Below, in pieces: positions 9,200 through 17,907 of a stretch of DNA of 64,000 bases. The stretch's first letter is position 1; each line of letters starts with the position of its first letter. The stretch spans positions 64,001 to 128,000 of the forward strand of contig JAFGAR010000081.1 of assembly GCA_016933575.1 (NCBI GenBank). The letters are read 5' to 3'. The notes beneath the pieces are model-generated. The model saw nothing but the letters and a program-made list of their open reading frames with translations, made no database searches and was not told the DNA's origin. The DNA comes from Candidatus Thorarchaeota archaeon (GTDB lineage Archaea; Asgardarchaeota; Thorarchaeia; Thorarchaeales; Thorarchaeaceae). The position numbers were made by a program, and so were the translations under genes.

Positions 9200-10126
9200 A
9201 TGAATCATAATAAATCGTTGATTCGAATGACGCTTGTCTCATTGTTATCTATCTTGCTAGTCTTATCATTTCTACAAGCCTCTTTATCAATGCAAAATAG
9301 GTTTCATAGCCACACTACATCTGATTTATTCGAGACTTCAGCAGAGGTTCCAAGTCTTAATCTCTATTATTATACACAGGATGATCCAACATTGAAAGTA
9401 GTCACAGATGTGTCTTTCCTCGTGGGTGATCATGTTATAATCCGATCCCGATGGGATCCACTATTAGTAAATCATTCACGCCTGGAGATTATTGCTCCTG
9501 CAATTCCCGCATCACTTCTTCAGGAAGAGATGTCTCATATAGTTGACATTGACACGAGACATCTTGGAAATAATGCAACATGTACGATTAAATGTACAAC
9601 TTGGTTATCCAATGGATCCGCATATACGGTGACATTTGATGAAGTTTTCATTGGTAATTTCTTCTATCCACATGTCAACGTTCTCGCTCCTAATGGTGGC
9701 GAGGTCTGGACAGACACCCATAGTATTACCTGGGAAGCAATTGATTTGAATGAAAATGAAACGCTTCTCTTTGATGTCCTAGTATCGTCGGATTCCGGAG
9801 TGACTTTTAGTATACTTGCATCAACCTTGACAACCACTTGGTTTGAGTGGAATTGTTCATCCTTTGAAGAGGGTGATACCTATCTTATCGAAGTCAGAGT
9901 GACGGATGGAATTTATTTTGTATCTGATAGGTCTGATTCTCCATTCACAATTGGAACAGCGGTCATAACTACAACAACAATTACTACAATTACTACAACT
10001 ACAACCACAACTAATACTACAAATCTACTAACGGATTTGCGTTTCATTGTCTTTATAGTCATATTATTTACATCAAGTGCGGTCATGGCTTTGATCGTCT
10101 ATTATGCTGCACGAAAGTGGTTCTGA
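9200..10126 (+). CDS. Cell-surface protein: signal peptide, Ig-like domain, Thr-rich linker, C-terminal TM anchor
   Basis: N-terminal hydrophobic stretch, APNGGEVW...ITW...SDSPFTI Ig-like motif, poly-Thr, TM followed by RKWF. Confidence 0.7.
   Translation: MNHNKSLIRMTLVSLLSILLVLSFLQASLSMQNRFHSHTTSDLFETSAEVPSLNLYYYTQDDPTLKVVTDVSFLVGDHVIIRSRWDPLLVNHSRLEIIAPAIPASLLQEEMSHIVDIDTRHLGNNATCTIKCTTWLSNGSAYTVTFDEVFIGNFFYPHVNVLAPNGGEVWTDTHSITWEAIDLNENETLLFDVLVSSDSGVTFSILASTLTTTWFEWNCSSFEEGDTYLIEVRVTDGIYFVSDRSDSPFTIGTAVITTTTITTITTTTTTTNTTNLLTDLRFIVFIVILFTSSAVMALIVYYAARKWF
9967..10020 (+). repeat. Low-complexity ACN (Thr) coding tract
   Basis: act/aca codon run encoding the poly-Thr linker. Confidence 0.8.
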
Positions 10127-10137
10127 TATATAGCAGT

Positions 10138-11034
10138 TTAATCTAGAATCTTGTCCAATGCTGGCTGTGTATTTATCATGTGGACTCCTAGCCCAAGTTC
10201 ATCGGGATTCAGATCCATTGCTAAGCCTAAAAGCTGAGTAAAGTAGAGTACTGGTATCTGGTACTTTTGTTCTCCCAATTCCTTGTTTAATTGTACTTGT
10301 GATGCTTCGAATTGCAAATGGCAGAATGAACATACATTCACAATACAATCTACTCCTGCTTCAATCATATTATCTAGCTTCTCTTTGGCAATATCAACAC
10401 TCACTGCAACCTGACTTCCTCGTACTCCTCCACCTGCGCCACAACAGAGAAATTTGTCCTTATACTTGACACTTGTTGCTCCAGTTGCTTCCACGAGCTC
10501 ATCAAGAAAGGTGTGGCGTTGGGTCTGTTTCCATGGTCTGTTCTTACTGGGTTTTAAGAGGTGACAACCATAGTGCACACCTACTCTTAGTCCATCGAGT
10601 TTTTTGGTGACCTTCTTCTTGATTCCATCGACACCTATCTCATCAATAAGCTCGATAATGTGTTTTACACCAACTTTCCCCTCGAACTTTATTCCCATTC
10701 CCTTGAAGACCTCTTGCACCTCTTTTAGTCTCTCAGGATGCTTACGAATCTCTGCTAGAGATTCCATGAAAGTACCATAGCATCCGTTACAGCCAGTCAC
10801 AAGGTCATGTCCAGACATCTCTGCAAGGGCTAAATTTCTAGAAGCAATAGCAAGCCATGTTGGTTCATCAAATGATCTAATGACGCCTGGAGCGGGACAA
10901 CAACTTGCTCCCTCAAGATCCTCCAACTCAATACCTAATTTTGGTAAGACCAGTCTTATGCTTGCTTCCACATTTGGAAATCTATTTGGCATTACACAAC
11001 CAAGAAAGAATGAATATGTCTGTGGTTCTGTCAA
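10138..11034 (-). CDS. hdrB: Heterodisulfide reductase subunit B, copy 1
   Basis: FLGC, SCCPAPG, CNGC, HYGCH, CCGAGGG, CSFCH (two CCG domains); start likely TTG 11034. Confidence 0.92.
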   Translation of the reverse strand: MTEPQTYSFFLGCVMPNRFPNVEASIRLVLPKLGIELEDLEGASCCPAPGVIRSFDEPTWLAIASRNLALAEMSGHDLVTGCNGCYGTFMESLAEIRKHPERLKEVQEVFKGMGIKFEGKVGVKHIIELIDEIGVDGIKKKVTKKLDGLRVGVHYGCHLLKPSKNRPWKQTQRHTFLDELVEATGATSVKYKDKFLCCGAGGGVRGSQVAVSVDIAKEKLDNMIEAGVDCIVNVCSFCHLQFEASQVQLNKELGEQKYQIPVLYFTQLLGLAMDLNPDELGLGVHMINTQPALDKILD

Positions 11035-11035
11035 A

Positions 11036-11584
11036 TCAGCTCTTCTCCTTAACATCTTCGATGAGTTTCTTGAATCCTGTTCTTTCCATGATCTTTTGTA
11101 CATCATTAAGAGCCTTCTTACTCGAATGCGTGGTTGGAGGTTCTTCCGAGAGACCCATATCTTTCCTTATTGCTCGGTTTGCATCATCGATAGGAACTGC
11201 ATGGCCAGTTTCCAAGAGCTTCTGAGATGCTTTGCGGTGTTGTGGCAGCATATACCCTTCTTTGACTGCCATATTTCTCATTATGATTATTGCATCAGTC
11301 ACCTTGATCTGTCTTGGACATCGTTCCAAACAGGTCAGACAAGTAGCACAGAGCCAGAGATCTGGACTTGAAAGGACCTCATCTTTGAGTCCAAGAAGAG
11401 CTTTTCGAATCAATTCCCGAGTTCTAAATGCAGTCCGTCGACCACTGGGACATACACTGGAACAAGTACCGCACTGAATACAAGTTCGAAGTCTATCAGC
11501 TCCTGCTTCTACAACTTTGTCAAGAAAGTCTGGGTCAATAGCTTCATTCTCTATTGTTTCACGGGAGATGTTGTCTGTCATCAA
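11036..11584 (-). CDS. hdrC: Heterodisulfide reductase subunit C, copy 1
   Basis: CIQCGTCSSVCP and LWLCATCLTCLERCPR. Confidence 0.92.
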   Translation of the reverse strand: MMTDNISRETIENEAIDPDFLDKVVEAGADRLRTCIQCGTCSSVCPSGRRTAFRTRELIRKALLGLKDEVLSSPDLWLCATCLTCLERCPRQIKVTDAIIIMRNMAVKEGYMLPQHRKASQKLLETGHAVPIDDANRAIRKDMGLSEEPPTTHSSKKALNDVQKIMERTGFKKLIEDVKEKS

Positions 11585-11631
11585 GAGACCTCAGCATTCC
11601 AATTATGCGCTCCCTCAATTTGAGAGATATA

Positions 11632-11680
11632 AGGGTTAAGGCGTTGACCCTACGACCTTTTGGTAATGGATTTAAGGTCG
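11632..11680. promoter_or_regulatory. Two adjacent inverted repeats in the divergent hdrC/hdrC promoter region
   Basis: AGGGTTAA-ggcg-TTGACCCT (one mismatch) and CGACCTT-N14-AAGGTCG. Confidence 0.4.
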
Positions 11681-11715
11681 AAATTCAAGCAAACGCGCGC
11701 AGTCGGTGTGTAATC

Positions 11716-12261
11716 TTGACGAGTACTGAAGAAAAAACCGCAATTGACATTGACATTCCTGACGACTCGTTCGTTAAGATGATTATCAAAACAGGGGGTC
11801 CGAACATACAGAACTGCTATCAATGTGGTACATGTTCTGGAAGTTGCCCTGCAGGAGCCCGGACAAATTACCTTGTGCGTGGAATTATTAGGAAGGCACT
11901 TCTGGGATTAAAGGAGCAATGTATCTCAGCTCCTGAGCTGTGGTATTGCACTACCTGCTATACTTGTACAGATAGATGCCCACAAGATGTGAAACCAACC
12001 GATGTAATCAAGGCAATTAGAAACATCGCTGTCGCTGAGGGATACATGCTAGAAAATCATCAGAAAACAGCACAGAAAGTACTCGAAGCTGGTCATGCTG
12101 TTCCCCTTGATAAGGACTCATGGCAAGATCTGCGGGAGAAGGTCGGAGTAGAGAGAGTTCCTCCAAATGCAAGCAGATACTCTGAGGCAATAGAGGAGAT
12201 TAGAAAGATTGCAAAGAAGACTGGTTTCGACAAACTAATCTCAGACGAGAAGGAGGCATAG
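11716..12261 (+). CDS. hdrC: Heterodisulfide reductase subunit C, copy 2
   Basis: CYQCGTCSGSCP, LWYCTTCYTCTDRCPQ; start likely TTG 11716. Confidence 0.92.
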   Translation: MTSTEEKTAIDIDIPDDSFVKMIIKTGGPNIQNCYQCGTCSGSCPAGARTNYLVRGIIRKALLGLKEQCISAPELWYCTTCYTCTDRCPQDVKPTDVIKAIRNIAVAEGYMLENHQKTAQKVLEAGHAVPLDKDSWQDLREKVGVERVPPNASRYSEAIEEIRKIAKKTGFDKLISDEKEA

Positions 12262-12263
12262 TC

Positions 12264-13187
12264 ATGGCAAAGAAGTCATTCTATCATTTCTTAGGTTGCA
12301 TTATCCCTCATAGATATCCAAGTGTGGAGAAAGCTGTCAAGTTGGTCTTTGAAGATCTTGGAATGGGGCTTCTTGATATGGAAGGCGCGACCTGTTGCCC
12401 AGCTCCTGGTGTCTTTGGTTCATTCGATAGAGTCACGTGGGCTACCATTGCTGCACGAAATCTGACTATTGCGGAGGCTGGAGGACATCCAATAACAACC
12501 GGGTGCAATGGCTGTTTTGCAAGTCTGTGGGACGCTAACCACGAACTGAAGCACGATGATGAACTACGTGACAAAGTCAACGAGAACTTGGCTGAGATTG
12601 ACCGCGAGTTCAAAGGTACAATTGAAGTTTGGCACTATGTTGATGCCCTCGTTGAGGTTGCTGGTCTTGATAAGATACGTGAACATGTGATACGTCCCTT
12701 TACTGGAGTTCGGATGGCACTACATCCAGGTTGTCATTGGATGCGGCCGAAGTTGGTCAAGCAAAAAGATGACTCAGAAAGGCCTCATATCTTCAGAGAA
12801 CTCTGTGAAACCTCCGGAGCTGTATATGTACCATACAAGGATGAACTCATCTGTTGTGGGGCTGGAGGTGCAGTTAGGACTGCTGATCTTAAAATCTCAC
12901 TGGAATTTACTATGCAGAAATTTGACAGTCTTAATGAGGCTGGTGGGGCAGATATGATGATAACTCCTTGTCCATTCTGCGAGCTACAACTGGACATGGG
13001 CCAGGTAGAGATTCAGAAGAATTTTGAAAAGGAGTACAAGTTGGACATACTTCATGTTGTAGAACTACTAGCTTTAGCATTTGGTCATGAGCCTGATGAG
13101 TTCGGCCTTGCTACTCATCTTCAATATATGCAGAGAAAGACTACACCTCAATGGGAGAAACTTGGAATCAAGATGGAAGAATCATAG
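12264..13187 (+). CDS. hdrB: Heterodisulfide reductase subunit B, copy 2
   Basis: FLGC, TCCPAPG, CNGC, HPGCH, CCGAGG, CPFCE. Confidence 0.92.
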   Translation: MAKKSFYHFLGCIIPHRYPSVEKAVKLVFEDLGMGLLDMEGATCCPAPGVFGSFDRVTWATIAARNLTIAEAGGHPITTGCNGCFASLWDANHELKHDDELRDKVNENLAEIDREFKGTIEVWHYVDALVEVAGLDKIREHVIRPFTGVRMALHPGCHWMRPKLVKQKDDSERPHIFRELCETSGAVYVPYKDELICCGAGGAVRTADLKISLEFTMQKFDSLNEAGGADMMITPCPFCELQLDMGQVEIQKNFEKEYKLDILHVVELLALAFGHEPDEFGLATHLQYMQRKTTPQWEKLGIKMEES

Positions 13188-13376
13188 AATTATCGAGTCT
13201 GTGGCTGAGCAAAGCTTACAATCTCAATTTTACTAAGATCCTCAAACTGTGTAGTCTCCCGGCGGTGTTTGGTACGCGCCAGATAGACTCGTGTAAAGAG
13301 TCTAGTGGCTTTCATAATTCTAGGACGTTATCTCTGTAATATTAAGTCAATGCATTAAAAATTGTTAAGTGAGATG

Positions 13377-13402
13377 GATTGGCGCCAAACCTAGCGCCAA
13401 TC
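13377..13402. terminator. Hairpin between convergent hdrB and icd
   Basis: GATTGGCGC-caaaccta-GCGCCAATC, 9-bp stem just downstream of the icd stop. Confidence 0.5.
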
Positions 13403-13407
13403 TGTAA

Positions 13408-14736
13408 TCAAAGATTTTTGATTATCTCATCACTGAACTCAGTAGTAGAGATTGGATCAATTGGTGGGTCTAACTGTCTTGCAATGTCATAGGTGACTTT
13501 CTTTGATTCAACAGTTTTTGAAACAGAGGTCTTAATCATCTTTGATGCCTCATCCCATCCCATATGTTCTAACATGAGACAGGCTGAGAGTATAATGGAT
13601 CCTGGATTGATCTCGTTTTTGCCTGCATGTTTTGGAGCTGTACCATGAGTTGCTTCAGCAAAGAAGATCTCATCATTCAGGTTCGCTCCTGGAGCAAAAC
13701 CAAGTCCTCCCACCTGAGCTGCCAGCTGATCTGACAGATAATCACCATTTAGATTCGGTAAGGCTAGAACCTCGTACTCCATCGGTCTGAGTAAGACTTG
13801 TTGAAACATTGCATCCTGAATCCTGTCATTGACAATTATTTTTCCATCAGCAATAGCTTTCTTCACATCTCCGCTATATCTCTCATCGAGTTCTTCTTCA
13901 GTGACAATAGTATCTCTGAATTCCTCCTTAGCCACATCATATGCCCAGTTTCTGAATTGCCCCTCTGTGGCTTTCATTATGTTCCCCTTATGACATATTG
14001 TAACAACATGACGTTTCTTCTTGATGGCATAGTCAATGGCACTCCTTACAAGGTTCTTTGAGTTCTCTGGGGACATGGGTTTGACAGAGATACCTGATGA
14101 GTCACGCAGACTCTCCGAGTCCTCTGGAACTTTCCATTGTTTTCTAAGAAAATCGATCATCTGTTTGGCACGATCCGTATTAGGGTATGCTTCAATTCCA
14201 GCATAGATGTCTTCCAAGTTCTCGCGAAATACCACCATGTCAATTGCATCTGGATTATTGACTGGAGCTGGAACTCCCTTAATATGCCAGACTGGACGTA
14301 AGCACACATTGAGGCTTAGAAATTGACGAAGTCCAACGTTGATGGATGAGAATCCCTTTCCAACAGGTGTTTCGCATGGTCCCTTTATTGCAAGATGATA
14401 TTCTCGCACGGCTTTTAGAGTATCATCAGGAAGGTATACCTTCCGTTGGTCTTGCGGCGATAATTCCTTTAGCTGTTCATCAGTGATACTTGGGTTGTAG
14501 AGCTTTCGTGCTTTATCTCCTGCATATATTTCAAACCACTCGATTTTGCGTTTATCTTTGTATGCTTTCTTAATTGCTGCATCTACGACCTTTCTCATTA
14601 CACTACTAATTTCTGGGCCAATACCATCTCCCTCAATCCAACAAATAATTGGATTATCCGGAACATTCCATTGACCATTTTTCACAATGATTTTCTTACC
14701 CTTTGTTGGGGGTACAAGTTTTTCAAATTCCACCAT
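13408..14736 (-). CDS. icd: Isocitrate dehydrogenase (prokaryotic homodimeric type)
   Basis: IEGDGIGPEI, AIKGP, FRENLEDIYAGIE, HKGNIMK, NLNGDYLSD, EATHGTAPK; start ATG 14736. Confidence 0.93.
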   Translation of the reverse strand: MVEFEKLVPPTKGKKIIVKNGQWNVPDNPIICWIEGDGIGPEISSVMRKVVDAAIKKAYKDKRKIEWFEIYAGDKARKLYNPSITDEQLKELSPQDQRKVYLPDDTLKAVREYHLAIKGPCETPVGKGFSSINVGLRQFLSLNVCLRPVWHIKGVPAPVNNPDAIDMVVFRENLEDIYAGIEAYPNTDRAKQMIDFLRKQWKVPEDSESLRDSSGISVKPMSPENSKNLVRSAIDYAIKKKRHVVTICHKGNIMKATEGQFRNWAYDVAKEEFRDTIVTEEELDERYSGDVKKAIADGKIIVNDRIQDAMFQQVLLRPMEYEVLALPNLNGDYLSDQLAAQVGGLGFAPGANLNDEIFFAEATHGTAPKHAGKNEINPGSIILSACLMLEHMGWDEASKMIKTSVSKTVESKKVTYDIARQLDPPIDPISTTEFSDEIIKNL

Positions 14737-14764
14737 TATGTAAATTCTCACCTTTTTATCGATT

Positions 14765-16603
14765 TTACTTCGAAGTGTAAAGTATCTCATCCCAAGGTTG
14801 TCTGTAGAGACCCGCACGCTGTCTCTTTTGATCAAAGATGTGCCCCATCATCCCAATTGACCTTCCTAACACAAACAACCCATTCAACATTTCAGTATCT
14901 AAGATATCTTGCTTCTCCTCAACCGTGAGATCCAAATTCTCCATGAGGTCTAAGAAACAGATACCGATACATCCATCCACATTGAGAATCAAGTTATTTC
15001 GCTTGACTGTCGTTAATTTTTCGACTTCAAGTGCGTAATCAAGGTACGGATGATTTGGAAAGTTGTTTCGAACGTATTCCTTGAGCAATTCCACACGAAT
15101 GTCTGGATTCTGGACAGATTTTACACGATGTCCGATTCCAGGGATGTTCATGCCTACGACATCCTTCATGTAGTCAATGAATTCTTGAGGGGTCTTACCG
15201 GAGTCAAATGCATTCTTGAAGTACTTTGCCGCATCTGAGATTGCTCCCCCAAATCTGGGTCCTACCGTTAGAATGCCTGAAGCTAAGGAAGACATGAGAT
15301 CTTTGCCAGCTCTAGCTGTCACAATTGCATTATGTGCGCCTGACACGGCTGGACCATGATCTGCAGTCAATTTTAGCACAATATCGATGTATTTCTGTGC
15401 AAATTCAGGGAATTCTTTCTTGAACCAGAGATGTCCTATCACATAACCAAGTGATAGGTCTTCTCGTATGATCTTGTCAATGGGTACACCATTGTAAGTG
15501 AGTACATCACCAGTTTCGTTTGATATTGTTGTGACGACATCAGTTGGCCGACGTACGATTCCCCTTGCAATAGCCTGATTGAAGTCCATGGGAAGTTCCG
15601 GTGGGTCGAATTCGACAACAGGATCTATCTTGCCATCAGACATCAATCTCTCGAATATTTCTCTAATCTTATCTCCAAAGTCATCAAATGATGTTGGTAC
15701 AATTACTCCAACATCAGCCAAAGCTTTATTCTTTGCATCTGCGGTTTCCAATTCAGTTCCAGCCATTGCTCCAGCATGCCCAAACTGAACGCCTGCAGGA
15801 AAGACCTTGGAACATGTACCTGTCACCCACATGACTATAGGCTTCTTTATTTTGTTGTTCTTAATAGCATCAACAATGGTATATTCATCCTTTCCGCCAA
15901 CTTCTCCAAGACACACAATCATTTTGATTTTTGGATTGGCCTCAAATCTTAGGATATGATCAATGAGTGTTGAACCTGGATAGCGGTCTCCGCCTATAGC
16001 TATTCCCTCATAGATGCCATCGGAGTTTTGAGCAATCATGAAGTACATCTCATTGCTCATTCCTCCTGACTTTGACACAAATCCTACACTCCCAGGTCTA
16101 TAGAGTTTTGATTTGATAATGTTATCAATAGTCCCTGCTGTGTTGGCAATCTTAAAGCCTCCAGCAAGAATCCCTCCTACAGTTGCTGGTCCAATGATGA
16201 CTTTATTATTTTTAGAGGCTAACTTGATTAGTTCTCTACTTTGTCTCTCAGGAATTCCTTCTGCTATGATGACAACGGTTCTAATGCTTGCAGTTTCAAG
16301 AGCTTCCTTCGAGGTAGGATACGAGGATCTGAACGATGAGAAGTTAATCATTACATCAGCATTTGGATGATTTTTAACAGCTAACTCAAAAGTCCTATAG
16401 ACAGGTATTACAATCTCCTTACTACCCCAGAAGACCTTGTGATATTCAACAGCTCCCTCTTGAGTCAGATGAATTACCGCAGCCACACTTGGAGTATCTC
16501 TTTTACAGATATAATCAAAGTCTAGCATTCTTTGAATCGCATTCGCCTGAAACCCGTAGATGATGGCCTGTGTATTTCTATCAAATAGATCGTATTTCTC
16601 CAT
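14765..16603 (-). CDS. aclA: ATP citrate lyase, large (alpha) subunit
   Basis: QRMLDFDY, IIGPATVGG, SKSGGMSNE, phospho-His motif FGHAGA, ADHGPAVSGAHN, GPRFGGA, IPGIGHRVKS, NLILNVDG. Confidence 0.93.
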   Translation of the reverse strand: MEKYDLFDRNTQAIIYGFQANAIQRMLDFDYICKRDTPSVAAVIHLTQEGAVEYHKVFWGSKEIVIPVYRTFELAVKNHPNADVMINFSSFRSSYPTSKEALETASIRTVVIIAEGIPERQSRELIKLASKNNKVIIGPATVGGILAGGFKIANTAGTIDNIIKSKLYRPGSVGFVSKSGGMSNEMYFMIAQNSDGIYEGIAIGGDRYPGSTLIDHILRFEANPKIKMIVCLGEVGGKDEYTIVDAIKNNKIKKPIVMWVTGTCSKVFPAGVQFGHAGAMAGTELETADAKNKALADVGVIVPTSFDDFGDKIREIFERLMSDGKIDPVVEFDPPELPMDFNQAIARGIVRRPTDVVTTISNETGDVLTYNGVPIDKIIREDLSLGYVIGHLWFKKEFPEFAQKYIDIVLKLTADHGPAVSGAHNAIVTARAGKDLMSSLASGILTVGPRFGGAISDAAKYFKNAFDSGKTPQEFIDYMKDVVGMNIPGIGHRVKSVQNPDIRVELLKEYVRNNFPNHPYLDYALEVEKLTTVKRNNLILNVDGCIGICFLDLMENLDLTVEEKQDILDTEMLNGLFVLGRSIGMMGHIFDQKRQRAGLYRQPWDEILYTSK

Positions 16604-16604
16604 T

Positions 16605-17888
16605 TTAGTTACCCTCCCCTAATGCAAGTGGAACAATTCTTGTCATGTGCGTATACCTATCATAGACTTCGATAGGAACTCCAATCTCTTTTCCAACATC
16701 TCGCATGAGCTCGAGTCCTTCGGTTTCATTTGGACCACCGCGTCGCACATAGATTCTTACATTTGCATCTTTTAGCTTCTGGGCTGATTTTCTTAGTGCA
16801 CTTACAATCCCCTGAAATGTTGCCTTGACATCAGTGAAGTTTGCTATTCCTCCTCCAATTAGAAGGAATTTTGGTCTATTCTTCGGATCTGGTTTCTCTG
16901 TCATCAGGTCAATGATTGTCTGGGCATATAGCTCTGTGTGTTCCCGTGTTGGGTTGCCACTATATTCTCCATAATTCGCTAGTTCATTACCAAAGCCAAG
17001 ATCAACAATCGTGTCCGCGTATATCACACTGGCTCCGCCTCCAGCAACCATAGTCCAGACACGACCTTTTCGATTTAGAATTGTAAGTTTCAATGAAGAG
17101 CCAGTCTGTTCATCTATGCTCTGTATAAACGCCTCTTCCTTGGACGATTTCTGACCAAAGGATGCTGGAAACTCAATCGGAGATTCGGGATTTCCCCATG
17201 TATTTGCATGTCTGAATGCGGCAGTGTCGTCTAGACGAGCTTTCAAATCCAGAGGTACAATAAGACCATCAGGGGTCAATGCAAATGGGTTAATCTCTAG
17301 AAATGCGAAATCCTGATCAACATACACTTTGAAAAGTCCCTTTAGGAATGGGATGACTATTTTCTTGAGTTCACCCAAGCCCTTGATCTTTCCTTCTAGG
17401 TCAAAGTCCGTGATATCCGTACCAATTGGGATTGGTATATGGAGTACTTTATCCCAGTTCTCCTCCACGAATATGCCCCCTTCGAAAGAGAAGTGCAAAA
17501 TATCATATTCTCTTTCTGATGTGATAGATACATAGAACTCCTTCTCATGAGGTATGAATGGTTCCACTAGAAATCGTTTCAGTTCTCCTTTTGTACTCCC
17601 AACCTCAATCTGCCTTCCTAGATTCTCCTTCACAAATTTCTTCAACTGGGTTAGATCAGCATCAAGAAGTAGTAAGTTTGCTTTTCCTCTCTTGCCAAAC
17701 AGCTGATCTGGTTTTGCGACCAGTCTATCTGTCTTCAACCAGGGGTGTTCTTTCTCGAACTTGACCCAGTTGGTCTTCGGAGTAATTACAGCAAGTTTAC
17801 GATGATACTTGAATTCTGGAAAGTATTTTTCCAGTTCATCAGCTATAAGTTTCTTTGCAGAATATTCGTAGATTGATCTCTGTGCCAT
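16605..17888 (-). CDS. aclB: ATP citrate lyase, ATP-grasp/citrate-binding (beta) subunit
   Basis: LVAKPDQLFGKRGK, WTMVAGGGASVIYADT, LANYGEYSG, IGGGIANFT, RRGGPN. Confidence 0.93.
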   Translation of the reverse strand: MAQRSIYEYSAKKLIADELEKYFPEFKYHRKLAVITPKTNWVKFEKEHPWLKTDRLVAKPDQLFGKRGKANLLLLDADLTQLKKFVKENLGRQIEVGSTKGELKRFLVEPFIPHEKEFYVSITSEREYDILHFSFEGGIFVEENWDKVLHIPIPIGTDITDFDLEGKIKGLGELKKIVIPFLKGLFKVYVDQDFAFLEINPFALTPDGLIVPLDLKARLDDTAAFRHANTWGNPESPIEFPASFGQKSSKEEAFIQSIDEQTGSSLKLTILNRKGRVWTMVAGGGASVIYADTIVDLGFGNELANYGEYSGNPTREHTELYAQTIIDLMTEKPDPKNRPKFLLIGGGIANFTDVKATFQGIVSALRKSAQKLKDANVRIYVRRGGPNETEGLELMRDVGKEIGVPIEVYDRYTHMTRIVPLALGEGN

Positions 17889-17907
17889 AGAAATACCTCC
17901 TCTAGTT

